From an uncultured Alphaproteobacteria bacterium (GTDB lineage: Bacteria; Pseudomonadota; Alphaproteobacteria; RF32; CAG-239), in NCBI GenBank assembly GCA_944393235.1, contig CALXZJ010000005.1:214-64213 (forward strand): a stretch of 64,000 bases of DNA. The letters are read 5' to 3'. The notes beneath the pieces were generated by a model. That model saw only the letters and a program-made list of their open reading frames with translations. It was not told where the DNA came from and made no database searches. Below, piece by piece: positions 1 to 9,629 of this stretch; within the stretch, counting starts at the first letter, position 1; each line of letters begins with the position of its first letter. Both the position numbers and the translations under genes were made by a program.

Positions 1-591
1 AGGATGGTGGAAATGCTTGTCGGGCTGGCTATTATCGGCGTTTTATCGGTTGGCGCGATTGCCGGCTACTCTAAGGCGATGCTTAAATATAAACTCAACA
101 AACAGGCTCAATCATTAAATCTGCTGTTGAACAATCTTATTCAAATTAAACCAAGTCTTGAATATGCTTATACAGGCACTGCTTTTAATATAGATTTATT
201 TCAGAAGCTTAATCTTATTCCAGATGGTTTTACAGACACTATGCAGGATGTTTTTGGTTATATATACCATGCTTCATATTCTTCGGCTCATTATTATGTG
301 CAAATTTTATTGGAACAATCCGGAAATAAATTAAGCAATGAATCTCAAGAAATTTGCCGCAATATTTTAACGACATTGAAGGAAAATGCTAATCAAATTA
401 AAGCTGTTGAAGTTCGTTCGGATGATGAAAATGCAACAAATGGCCATTATACTTCCTATACTTTTTACGGTGAGTTATCGCGAAATCAAAAGAAACTAAG
501 GTATCTCAGCCAGGCAACCCTGGAACAAATTAATGCGGCTTGTGATAGTTGTTATTCGGAAACAAGGTGTAGCATAGTGGTTTATTTATGA
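1..591 (+). CDS. Type IV pilin-like protein (paralog 1), 5'-partial because the leader lies upstream of the window
   Basis: N-terminus RMVEMLVGLAIIGVLSVGAIAGYSKAM matches a class III (prepilin) signal/hydrophobic helix with Glu at +5. C-terminal Cys cluster (CDSCYSETRC) is typical of a pilin D-region. Paralogous to 24156-24767 and 53784-54455. Confidence 0.6.
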   Translation, partial: RMVEMLVGLAIIGVLSVGAIAGYSKAMLKYKLNKQAQSLNLLLNNLIQIKPSLEYAYTGTAFNIDLFQKLNLIPDGFTDTMQDVFGYIYHASYSSAHYYVQILLEQSGNKLSNESQEICRNILTTLKENANQIKAVEVRSDDENATNGHYTSYTFYGELSRNQKKLRYLSQATLEQINAACDSCYSETRCSIVVYL

Positions 592-604
592 TCAGGTTTA
601 GTAC

Positions 605-645
605 AAAAAATGACTGACAGTTTTTTCTGTCAGTCATTTTTCTTT
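605..645. terminator. Bidirectional rho-independent terminator between pilin paralog 1 and the convergent 245-aa gene
   Basis: Hairpin tgactgacag/ctgtcagtca (611-636), flanked by an A-run upstream and a T-run downstream. Confidence 0.6.
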
Positions 646-1382
646 TAAGCTGTTTGGATTAGTTTTTTGGTGAAATGGCGTCGCTGCCATTTCTTGAAAA
701 AGTTACCTTTATCAGCCTGTGTGTCGGCAAAGAACTTTTTCCATTCCCATTTTTGTTGATTTTTTTGAAACCAGCGCAAATGCTTTTGCCATTGTCCCGG
801 CGTTGCATAATGCTTGTATATTTCATCAAAATCAGCGTACTTTTCCACCAGTTTTTCAGCTCTTTGGTACAGCTCTTGCGCTTTGTCTTTTAACTCGTCT
901 ACGGCGTAGAGAATTTCTTTGTCTTTAGAGGAAAAACTTTCTTCTATGGCAAAAAGCACGGCTAATGCCCAGGCACGTGTTTGCGTATTATTCAAACTTT
1001 CTTCCATGGCGGCACCCATAATAAAATTATAGCAGCCTTTTGTCAGAATATGAGCTTCGTCCCAATAAGACGAATAATTGTGATATTCTTTAGGAAGAGC
1101 GTCCAGCCAATGTGCCGGAAATTTTACATTAGCCACAGCGCCGCAAGCTATCCGCTGCAAGCCGATGATAAACATTGCGGTTGCGGTGTAGTGATCTTCT
1201 GCCGCAATTTCTTTGGCATATTTATCAACGAAGTTCATAAACATATCATTGATACACCAACGTGTTTCTCGCGGTCCTGCCATTTTTGGCAAGATGACTT
1301 TATCCACAATTTCTTTCCAGTCTTTTTTGCTTAAATCTGTACTTGTTTTTTCTTCAATGTAAGAAAGTGTGTTTGTGTTCAT
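645..1382 (-). CDS. Hypothetical protein with a Trp/Lys-rich C-terminus
   Basis: 245-aa ORF, convergent with pilin paralog 1. No recognisable motif. Confidence 0.4.
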   Translation of the reverse strand: MNTNTLSYIEEKTSTDLSKKDWKEIVDKVILPKMAGPRETRWCINDMFMNFVDKYAKEIAAEDHYTATAMFIIGLQRIACGAVANVKFPAHWLDALPKEYHNYSSYWDEAHILTKGCYNFIMGAAMEESLNNTQTRAWALAVLFAIEESFSSKDKEILYAVDELKDKAQELYQRAEKLVEKYADFDEIYKHYATPGQWQKHLRWFQKNQQKWEWKKFFADTQADKGNFFKKWQRRHFTKKLIQTA

Positions 1383-1617
1383 AGACTTTTTATTTTAATA
1401 ATTAGACATAATTTTTTTTGTTATGCTTAACATAACACAAATAAATTCCATACGCAATAGTTTTTTGTCAAAAAAAAATAGCAATGCCTAGAAATCGTAA
1501 TTATTTGATTTTTTTAAGATTGTTTATTAAAAAATTTACTTATATTTTATTATAAAATGAACTTAAGAGAACTTTTTTACGTTATTTTAATTGTGATATA
1601 AATGATAAAAGCAGAGA

Positions 1618-2817
1618 ATGATTATGGAAAAAATCGTTAAATATATTAAAAACCGGCAACGTTTTGTAATTTATGCCATCCTTGTTTTGCTGGCGGGATT
1701 TTTTATCTGGCGGCATTATCACAAAGGTGATGAAATTTCGTATATCACCGATACGGTGCGGCGGCAAGATGTGGAAAAAGTGGTCAATGCCGCGGGCGAG
1801 GTGCGGGCGATGGAATTGGTAACCGTCGGTGCTCAAGTGTCGGGAAAAATTGAGAAACTCTATGTATCCGTGGGACAAGAAGTTAAAGAAGGGGATTTGA
1901 TTGCCGAAATTGATTCAACCACGCAGCAAAACGAAGTTGATATTAACAACGCCAAGCTCAAAAGTTATCAGGCGCAGTTAGAGGCGGCCGAAACTTCTCT
2001 TAAAATCGCTAAAAAGCAGTATGAACGCGCACAGTCTTTGAAAAAACAAAAGGCCATCTCGGAAGAGGATTTGGAAAATGCCGAAGATGTTTATAAAACG
2101 GCAAAATCAACCGTTACGCAGCTGGAATCCAGCATTAAGGAAACGGAAATTTCTTTAAGCACGGCAAAGACAAACTTGGGTTATACCAAAATCACGGCGC
2201 CGCTTGATGGCACGGTGGTGTCGGTGCCGGTTAAAGTGGGGCAGACCATTAACGCCAACATGAATACGCCGACCATCGTGCAAGTGGCGGATTTGAGCCA
2301 TATGGAGATTTTGATTGAAATTTCGGAAGGTGATATTGTCAATATCAAACCCGGTGTGAAAGTAACGTATTCCATTTTGGCCGATCCGAGCAAAGTTTAT
2401 GAAACGACCTTAAAATCCATTGACCCCGGGTTGACGCTTTTGACTAACGGCGAATATACGGAGGTTGTCGGCGCCGACCAGGCCATATATTATTACGGGC
2501 GCTTGGTGGTGCCGAATGATGACGGGCATTTGCGAATCGGTATGACAACACAGAATGTTATTTATGTGGAAGATGTGAAAGATGCGTTGGTGGTGCCGTC
2601 TTTGGCGGTTAAAGGCGATACGGAAGGTCAATATGTGGAAATCCTGACCAACAAAGGCGTGCGGCGTCGCGCCATTGAAACGGGGATTTCCGACGGGTTG
2701 ATTGTTGAAGTCAAAACCGGCGTTAATGAAGACGATGAGGTGATTATTGCCAAAATGTCATCGTCGGAAATTTCGGATATGGCGTTAAATTCCAGACGCG
2801 GTCGGCGGAGATTTTAG
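1618..2817 (+). CDS. macA: Macrolide efflux periplasmic adaptor (HlyD/MFP family), MacA-like
   Basis: N-terminal TM anchor, coiled-coil and beta-barrel MFP architecture. Its stop overlaps the start of an ABC+FtsX MacB gene. Confidence 0.75.
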   Translation: MIMEKIVKYIKNRQRFVIYAILVLLAGFFIWRHYHKGDEISYITDTVRRQDVEKVVNAAGEVRAMELVTVGAQVSGKIEKLYVSVGQEVKEGDLIAEIDSTTQQNEVDINNAKLKSYQAQLEAAETSLKIAKKQYERAQSLKKQKAISEEDLENAEDVYKTAKSTVTQLESSIKETEISLSTAKTNLGYTKITAPLDGTVVSVPVKVGQTINANMNTPTIVQVADLSHMEILIEISEGDIVNIKPGVKVTYSILADPSKVYETTLKSIDPGLTLLTNGEYTEVVGADQAIYYYGRLVVPNDDGHLRIGMTTQNVIYVEDVKDALVVPSLAVKGDTEGQYVEILTNKGVRRRAIETGISDGLIVEVKTGVNEDDEVIIAKMSSSEISDMALNSRRGRRRF

Positions 2818-2819
2818 CC

Positions 2820-4760
2820 ATGAACATCATTGAGTTCAAGAAAATCAATAAATTTTTCGGGCGTGGGAGCAATAAGGTTCATGTCTTGAAAGATATTGAT
2901 TTGACGATTGAAAAAGGCGATTTTGTGGCGATTATCGGTCAGTCCGGTTCGGGCAAATCCACAATGATGAATATTTTGGGATGTCTTGACGTACCAACCT
3001 CCGGTTCGTATAAAATCAACGGCGTGGAAGTCGGCAAAATGGGAAAGGACGAATTGGCGGATTTGCGCTGCAAGACGTTCGGTTTTATTTTTCAGCGTTA
3101 TAATTTGCTTTCTAATCTGCAAGCGCGGGAAAACGCCGCGTTGCCGGCAGTGTATTTGGGGCTTGATGCCGAGAGCCGCAACGTTCGCGCCGACCAACTG
3201 CTTAAAAATCTGGAGTTGGGTAACAAACTTAAAAACAAACCGCATGAGCTTTCAGGCGGTCAGCAACAGCGCGTGAGTATTGCCAGAGCTTTGATGAACG
3301 GCGGTGAGGTGATTTTGGCCGACGAACCGACCGGTGCTTTGGATTCCAAAAGCGGCGAACGGGTGATGGAAATTATTAAGGATTTGCACCATAAAGGACA
3401 CACGGTTATTTTGGTGACGCATGACAGCCATATTGCCTCGCAAGCCAGTCGGATTATTGAAATTAAAGACGGCGAAATTGTGGCGGATACACGCAAATCA
3501 GATAAAATTTATCCGGAAAGCGAAAAACCGGAAACGGTCAAGAAAAATCGTTTTGACATATTGCGTTATCGTTTTATGGAATCGCTTAATATGTCTATTC
3601 ATGCCATATTATCCAACAAAATGCGTTCGCTTTTGACCATGCTCGGCATTATTATCGGTATTGCCTCGGTGGTGTCGGTGGTGGCTTTGGGCAATGCTTC
3701 GCAAGCCAAAATTATGGAACAAATCAACGCCATGGGTACCAATACGATTGATATTTGGCCCGGCACGGGTTTTGGCGACCGTCGGGCAGGGCGGGTGAAA
3801 ACTTTGAAAGTGAGCGATGCCGAACATTTATCAAAATTGCGTTTTATTGACAAGGCAACGCCGAATGTTTCCGTTAACGGAAGCTTGGTTTATGCCAATT
3901 ATTCTCTGACAGCCAGAATGACCGGCGTCGGTTCGCAATATTTTGACGTAAAGGGGCGTAAAATTGCTCAAGGGCGGATTTTCAGCGATGAAGAAGTGGA
4001 TAAAATTGCTTCGGTGGTGGTGATTGACGACAATACCCGCAAGGAAATTTTTGCCAACAACCCCAATCCAATCGGTGAGATTATCATTTTTAACAAAAAG
4101 CCGTTAAAGGTTATCGGCATTACCGAAAAGGACAATAACCCCGGACCGATGTCGGAAACGATGAATTTGTGGACGCCGTACACGACGGCAATGTATAAAA
4201 TCAACGGCACAAACGATATTAACTCCATTACGGTTAAAGTGTCGGACAACATCAATTCGCAAGTGGCGGAAACAACGATTGAAAAGATTTTGACGGCGTT
4301 GCACGGGAAAAAAGACTTTTTTATGATAAATACCGACAGTATCAAACAAACGGTTGAGAGCGCCACCAACACCATGAAATTTTTGATTGCCAGCATTGCG
4401 GTGATTTCTTTGATTGTCGGCGGTATCGGAGTGATGAATATTATGTTGGTGTCGGTAACCGAGAGAACCCGCGAAATCGGCATCCGCATGGCAATCGGCG
4501 CCAAACAGGCGGATATTTTGCAACAATTTTTGATTGAGGCTGTGTTGATTTGCTTGGTCGGCGGCTTTTTGGGCGTTTCTTTGTCGCTGCTGGTCGGGTG
4601 GGCGTTTAACACGTTTTCGGAAGAATTCGGTATGATTTTTTCAACCGCCTCTATTATTTTGGCACTGGTTTGTTCAACCGCTATTGGGATTATCTTTGGG
4701 TATATGCCGGCGCGCAACGCTTCCAACCTTAATCCGATTGATGCATTAGCAAGTGAGTAA
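2820..4760 (+). CDS. macB: MacB-type ABC transporter (N-terminal ATPase fused to a C-terminal FtsX-like permease)
   Basis: Walker A GQSGSGKST and ABC signature LSGGQQQRVSIARAL. 646 aa with a large periplasmic domain between TM1 and the C-terminal 3 TMs. Confidence 0.85.
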   Translation: MNIIEFKKINKFFGRGSNKVHVLKDIDLTIEKGDFVAIIGQSGSGKSTMMNILGCLDVPTSGSYKINGVEVGKMGKDELADLRCKTFGFIFQRYNLLSNLQARENAALPAVYLGLDAESRNVRADQLLKNLELGNKLKNKPHELSGGQQQRVSIARALMNGGEVILADEPTGALDSKSGERVMEIIKDLHHKGHTVILVTHDSHIASQASRIIEIKDGEIVADTRKSDKIYPESEKPETVKKNRFDILRYRFMESLNMSIHAILSNKMRSLLTMLGIIIGIASVVSVVALGNASQAKIMEQINAMGTNTIDIWPGTGFGDRRAGRVKTLKVSDAEHLSKLRFIDKATPNVSVNGSLVYANYSLTARMTGVGSQYFDVKGRKIAQGRIFSDEEVDKIASVVVIDDNTRKEIFANNPNPIGEIIIFNKKPLKVIGITEKDNNPGPMSETMNLWTPYTTAMYKINGTNDINSITVKVSDNINSQVAETTIEKILTALHGKKDFFMINTDSIKQTVESATNTMKFLIASIAVISLIVGGIGVMNIMLVSVTERTREIGIRMAIGAKQADILQQFLIEAVLICLVGGFLGVSLSLLVGWAFNTFSEEFGMIFSTASIILALVCSTAIGIIFGYMPARNASNLNPIDALASE

Positions 4761-6123
4761 GACGATGAAAATGAACCATATATCAAAATTGTTTGTTTTA
4801 GGTTTGTCGGTTGTCGCTGCCGGCTGCACGGCTTCAAAATACACCGTGCCGAATTTGCCTGACGAGTTGGGATATACCCAAGCCATGCGGCAAGTTTACC
4901 GCGCGGATCAAAATTGGTGGAAGCAATATGACAATCCGCAATTAAATACGTTGGTGGAAACGGCCTTAAAAAACAATCCGGATTATGTTAAGGCGGCCTT
5001 AAACATCAATAAAGAATTATATAATCTTAATTTGCAGACGCTTGACTTGTTCCCGACATTATATGCTCGCGGCGGTGCCAATGCGCAGCGACGAATTGAC
5101 ACCGGCGACCATTTTTCAAGCAATTTTTCGGGCGAACTCGGGTTGAATTATGAGCTTGATTTATACGGAAAAATCAGAAATTTGCGTTCGGCGCAGGTTT
5201 TTGAATATCAAGCGACGGTTATGGATAAAGAAGCTGCGCGTTTGAGCTTGGTCAACAGCGTGGTGGATTTGTATTTTAATCTGGAATATCTTAACAATTC
5301 CATTGAAGTGAGCAAAAGCAACGTCAAAGCTTATGAGGAAATTGAGCAAATCAGCAAGGAAAAATTCAACAGCGGCAAGGTTGACCATTTGGAATATTTG
5401 CAGTCCAAACAAAGTCTGCTTTCAGAAAAGAACAATCTCTTAAATCTGGAAACGCAGTTTAAGGAAATGGAAACCAGCCTTAAGAACATTTTGAACACGC
5501 ATGAGGATATTAAAATCTCTTACGGTGATATCTTAAAACAGAAAAGTTTGCCGGTAAATGTTGATGTGCCGGTGGCGGTGTTGGCCAACAGACCCGATTT
5601 GCTGGCCAGTCAAATGCGGTTAGAAGGGGCTTTTAAAACCTTGAAAGCCGAAGATAAAAACTGGTATCCGTCCATTTCTTTGAACGGTGCGTTTAATTCC
5701 AGTTCGGACAAAGCGCGAACGACTTTTGATTTTCCGTATATTTTCGGCAGTGTTTCGCTTGATTTGCCGTTTTTAGATTGGAATCGGGTCAAGAACAATA
5801 TTAAGATTTCGGAAACCGATTATCAAATTGCGCTGGTGGATTTTAAGGATACGCTCAACCAGGCGGTCAATGAGGTGGCGTATTATTATCTGGCGTATGA
5901 AAAAGCCGCGGCGATTTTTGCCAACACCGGCGAAAACTATAAAAATTCGGCTAAAATAACACAGTATTATCAGCAGCGTTATCAGGTCGGCAAGTCGGAA
6001 TTTAAAGATTATCTGGAGGCGATTTATACGCAAAATGCCTTAAAGCAAAACCTGATTTCACAAAAGTATCAGATTATCAAGTATGAAAACTATGTTTACA
6101 AGGCGATGGCCGGAAAATATTAA
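4753..6123 (+). CDS. Outer membrane efflux lipoprotein (TolC/NodT family), third gene of the macAB operon
   Basis: Signal peptide plus lipobox VAAGC. 456 aa with OMF repeat architecture. Overlaps the macB stop. Confidence 0.75.
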   Translation: MSKTMKMNHISKLFVLGLSVVAAGCTASKYTVPNLPDELGYTQAMRQVYRADQNWWKQYDNPQLNTLVETALKNNPDYVKAALNINKELYNLNLQTLDLFPTLYARGGANAQRRIDTGDHFSSNFSGELGLNYELDLYGKIRNLRSAQVFEYQATVMDKEAARLSLVNSVVDLYFNLEYLNNSIEVSKSNVKAYEEIEQISKEKFNSGKVDHLEYLQSKQSLLSEKNNLLNLETQFKEMETSLKNILNTHEDIKISYGDILKQKSLPVNVDVPVAVLANRPDLLASQMRLEGAFKTLKAEDKNWYPSISLNGAFNSSSDKARTTFDFPYIFGSVSLDLPFLDWNRVKNNIKISETDYQIALVDFKDTLNQAVNEVAYYYLAYEKAAAIFANTGENYKNSAKITQYYQQRYQVGKSEFKDYLEAIYTQNALKQNLISQKYQIIKYENYVYKAMAGKY

Positions 6124-6863
6124 TACATGATTTTGCTTAAATAAAGTCCGCAGGCGGGAGCGGTCACGCCGGCTTCGGCGCGGCGGCGACTTTCCAAAAT
6201 AGTTTTGACGTCTTCAGGGGTTAAATGGTTATCGCCGACCATTTTTAGGGTGCCGACCATGTTGCGCACCTGATGATATAAAAACGAACGTGCCTCAACA
6301 ATAAAATCAATCTCATCACCATGGACTTCAATATCCAGTTTATCAAGCGTTTTTACAGGCGAAAGCGCCTGACAGCCGGCACCGCGGAAAGCGCTGAAAT
6401 CATGATGGCCGAGCAGATATTTTGCCCCTTGGCGCATTTTGTTGACATCAAGCGGAAAGCCCACATGCCAGACGCGGTTTTCCAAGAGTACGGTGCGGGC
6501 GCGGCGGTTTAATATGCGGTAAATGTAGCCGCGGCCTTTGGCGGAAAAACGGGCGTGAAAATCATCTGAAACAGGTTCTATATCAAGTACCGCAACCGGC
6601 GCCTGCATATCCCGCAGATGAGCGTTGAAAGCCTCGCGCATACGGAAAAGTTCCATGTTTGTGTCCAAGTCAAAATGAGCTACTTGCGCCAAAGCATGGA
6701 CGCCGGCGTCGGTGCGTCCGGCGGCAAAAATATCAATGTTTTGACGGGTGAAGTTGTAAAGTGCGGTTTCAAGCAAGCTTTGCACACTGTCGCCTTCCTG
6801 TTGCTTTTGCCAGCCGACAAGATTGGTGCCGTCATACTCTATGGTCATTTTGTATCGGGTCAT
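6120..6863 (-). CDS. truA: tRNA pseudouridine(38-40) synthase TruA
   Basis: GRTDAGVHA catalytic motif. Start taken at MTRYKMTIEYDG; the six-frame ORF extends to 6950 but that extension is probably not translated. Confidence 0.8.
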   Translation of the reverse strand: MTRYKMTIEYDGTNLVGWQKQQEGDSVQSLLETALYNFTRQNIDIFAAGRTDAGVHALAQVAHFDLDTNMELFRMREAFNAHLRDMQAPVAVLDIEPVSDDFHARFSAKGRGYIYRILNRRARTVLLENRVWHVGFPLDVNKMRQGAKYLLGHHDFSAFRGAGCQALSPVKTLDKLDIEVHGDEIDFIVEARSFLYHQVRNMVGTLKMVGDNHLTPEDVKTILESRRRAEAGVTAPACGLYLSKIMY

Positions 6864-7111
6864 GGCATAAGCAATAACTTTTCTTTGAAAAATTTGCAAC
6901 AGAAAAAACAAAACCCCGTCCGGAAGACATGCGGCAGGGATATGCTGCATCCTTTTTTATAGCGGCGGGTGCCGGCCGGATTACTTGTACTTGGGTTCTT
7001 AGGCCCGCGGCGCCTGTAAACATTTTACAAACATTTACATTTGCCATATCCGTAGAGGCTATCCCTTTTTATAAAAAAAAGCAATACTTCCAACCGCGCT
7101 TTGTGAACAAC

Positions 7112-7140
7112 GAAAAAAAACCGCCATAACAAAGGTGGCG
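7112..7140 (-). terminator. Candidate rho-independent terminator for a minus-strand transcript
   Basis: Hairpin cgcca-cctttgtta-tggcg followed by a T8 run on the minus strand. Confidence 0.35.
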
Positions 7141-7379
7141 ATTGGAAGCTAGCGACACTGTACACAGTCAGCAGTGTGACATATTAATCCATGATTGGAA
7201 GTATTTTGTCACCTTCCAATCACCGTGTGATTTTCAGGCGACAAAGTAACGTTCTGTCAAACGCTGTGTAAAAGTTGAGAAGTCGCTAGACCTCGCAGGC
7301 AGAACCCCTGCCTGCAAGAGTAATGTTAGCAGAAAAATCTAAAATGTAAAGAGTAATTTTTGAGAAAAATACAAAAATA

Positions 7380-7521
7380 TCAATTTATAGTTGCAACTCT
7401 TTCTGCGGCAAGAGAAGTAGCGGCAATCCAGGAAAAAGCACAATAACAACCAAAGCCGAAATACATTTTGCCCGGAATGAACTTGAAATAGTCGTAATCA
7501 TCTGTATTTTGGTGTTTGACA
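7380..7521 (-). pseudogene. Frameshifted, truncated remnant of a third copy of the small membrane-protein paralog
   Basis: Encodes MSNTK...YFKFIPGKMYFG with a frameshift and a premature stop. The DNA is nearly identical to the 5' ends of the two intact copies, including the RBS. Confidence 0.5.
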
Positions 7522-7551
7522 TTTATTTCTCCATTTTATAAGCAGGAATAA

Positions 7552-8007
7552 TTATAACAAAGTAATTAAATAAAAGAGCAGACAAAGCGAAAAAACGAGG
7601 ATAAAACCAAGCTTGGCAAAAAATAGGCGCTTTTTCCGGCTTTTTTCGGTTTTCGCCGAATAGGTGAAAGCGTTTAAGCGATATTTCCAGATAAAATACA
7701 TATCGCGCAGATAAAGCGTCATATTTATCAGGTAAAAAGGAATTTGAACGACGTAGCTGGTTTGCTCTAAATTAAGATTGACGAAAAAATTGGTTGAAAA
7801 AGCAATAACCCCAGCCAAAGATAAAAGCATAATTATCCGGTTGCCGGTATAAATAAGGTAAATTAATGGGATTAAAAAGCACCAAAGGCTTTCATAATGA
7901 GTTTTTGCACCTATCCAGCTAGTAATGCAAACTGCGCCGCCGAAATACATTTGTCCCGGGATGAATTTGAAATAACTGTATTTGTCTGTATCTTTGGTGT
8001 TTGGCAT
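7552..8007 (-). CDS. Small multi-TM membrane protein, tandem paralog A
   Basis: Motif YFKFIPGQMYFGGA followed by 4-5 TM helices. GGAGA RBS upstream of MPNTK. Confidence 0.6.
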   Translation of the reverse strand: MPNTKDTDKYSYFKFIPGQMYFGGAVCITSWIGAKTHYESLWCFLIPLIYLIYTGNRIIMLLSLAGVIAFSTNFFVNLNLEQTSYVVQIPFYLINMTLYLRDMYFIWKYRLNAFTYSAKTEKSRKKRLFFAKLGFILVFSLCLLFYLITLL

Positions 8008-8036
8008 TTGTTTCTCCATTTTATAAGCGGGAATAA

Positions 8037-8480
8037 TTATAAGAATTTAAGCAAATAAAGGAACAAGCATAATGTGAAAATGAAAATAAAACCGAGCTTG
8101 GCAAGGAACAGACTCATTTTCCGGTTTTCTTCGGTTTTGGCCGAATAGATGAAAGCATTTAGGCGGTATTTCCAGATAAAATATATATCACGTATGTAAA
8201 ATATTAACTTTAACAGAAAATAAAAGCCCTGAGTGACATAGCTAGTTTGCTCTAAATTGAGATTGGCAAAAAATTTGATTGAAAAAGCAATAATGCCGAC
8301 CGATGCTGCCACTATGATTATCCGATTGCCGGTATATATCAGGTAGATTAACGGCATTAAAAAGCACCAAAGGTTATCATAATGTGTTTCCATACCTATC
8401 CAGTAAGCGAAGAAAAAAGCGCCGCCGAAATACATTTGTCCCGGAATGAATTTGAAATAGTCGGTAATTGTTTTGAACAT
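8037..8480 (-). CDS. Small multi-TM membrane protein, tandem paralog B
   Basis: 147 aa with the same YFKFIPGQMYFGGA motif and TM layout as paralog A. AAGGAAAA RBS. Confidence 0.6.
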   Translation of the reverse strand: MFKTITDYFKFIPGQMYFGGAFFFAYWIGMETHYDNLWCFLMPLIYLIYTGNRIIIVAASVGIIAFSIKFFANLNLEQTSYVTQGFYFLLKLIFYIRDIYFIWKYRLNAFIYSAKTEENRKMSLFLAKLGFIFIFTLCLFLYLLKFL

Positions 8481-8597
8481 TAAGGTTTTCCTTTTATCAT
8501 ATTGTTGTTATATTAACTAAATTTGCCGTAAAAATGTTTTATCGTCAAGGCAAAACCTCATTTTTTTGCAAAAAGAGGCTTTGCCTTTTGCCGGTGC

Positions 8598-9317
8598 TTA
8601 TTTCCAATATTTATTTAAATATTTTCTGCCGAGTTTTTGTAGAGCCGGATTATTTTTAAAGAGCTGTTCTTTTACGGTTTTAAACTTGTTTAGGGTTTTG
8701 ATATTTCGTGTCAGATCACCTAAATTTTCCAGTCCGGTTTGCAGAAGATCGTTTGCTTTGCCAAGGCCGGCTAAGTCGGCTTCCTGCTGCAGACGGTCTC
8801 TTCGTTTTTGCATACTTCCATCAAAAAGCCGATTGTTAATTCGGCTATAATTACCGGAAGTTAAATGGTCAAGAAAACTTTCCGTGCCGGAAACAATGCC
8901 GTCTAAAGTCGCTTTACCGACATCAGCCCATTGATCGCCGGTCAGGTAAAAGCCACGGTTGTTGTATGCGTCCAAACGTTTTTGATTTTCAGCCTGCGCC
9001 TGCAGCCGTTTTTGCAGACGATTCATTTCAAAGTTTGTTTGGTTTGCCATATTCATTGTAGAATTGAGGCTATTGCCGGAATTTTCCTGAAACCATTGCG
9101 GGCGGATTTGCTGAACATATTCATCCAAATACGGTTCGGCTTCTTCCAAAGTGTTGCCGTTTTGATATATCAGGTTTATCAGGTGTTCAATTTCCGTATC
9201 TGATAATTCATCGGCATGGGGATATTTGTATTTTAAATATCCGTAATTGTAGCCATAGCGATTACGTAAGGCTTGATCGCGATGATTGTTAAGAGTTGTG
9301 TTGTCAAAAAAATTCAT
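8598..9317 (-). CDS. Hypothetical soluble protein (239 aa) upstream of the membrane-paralog array
   Basis: AAGGAA RBS. Gln/Asn-rich with no signal peptide. No recognisable catalytic motif. Confidence 0.5.
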   Translation of the reverse strand: MNFFDNTTLNNHRDQALRNRYGYNYGYLKYKYPHADELSDTEIEHLINLIYQNGNTLEEAEPYLDEYVQQIRPQWFQENSGNSLNSTMNMANQTNFEMNRLQKRLQAQAENQKRLDAYNNRGFYLTGDQWADVGKATLDGIVSGTESFLDHLTSGNYSRINNRLFDGSMQKRRDRLQQEADLAGLGKANDLLQTGLENLGDLTRNIKTLNKFKTVKEQLFKNNPALQKLGRKYLNKYWK

Positions 9318-9629
9318 TGAATTTTCCTTTCATAAAAAAATGCCGCAGATGTTTTTTCTACGGCAAAAGTTAGAGTTAAAAAAACCGAAAGCCCTTAAGA
9401 GGCTTTCGGCAAAGGAAAAAAAGTACATTTAGTACTTTTAACAAAAAATGATTAGTCTATTTCAATCGTTACGCTTGGTGTTTCAAACCGAAACCCTTCG
9501 CAACGATACAAAAATTTATAGCAAATTTTTAAAAAAATGTAACCCTCTATTTTGTATCATGTTGCACAGTTTTGTATCGCTTTGTATCACCATGCGCGGT
9601 TAGTGCTTTTGAAAATTCAGAAAATTTAT

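Noticed and set aside
3968-4837. 289-aa ORF antisense to macB
   Set aside because: Shadow ORF lying entirely within a confidently identified gene. No RBS, and a low-complexity translation.
6864-6950. N-terminal extension of the truA ORF
   Set aside because: Homology to TruA begins at MTRYKMTIEYDG. The extension is hydrophobic nonsense.
7130-7330. tmRNA, RNase P RNA or 6S RNA in the structured region after truA
   Set aside because: None of the conserved signature sequences of those RNAs could be found by eye. It is kept only as an unclassified structured element.
9505-9589. Possible CRISPR array (short repeats TTTGTATC)
   Set aside because: Only 9-bp units with 1-11 bp spacers. No cas genes and no regular repeat-spacer architecture.
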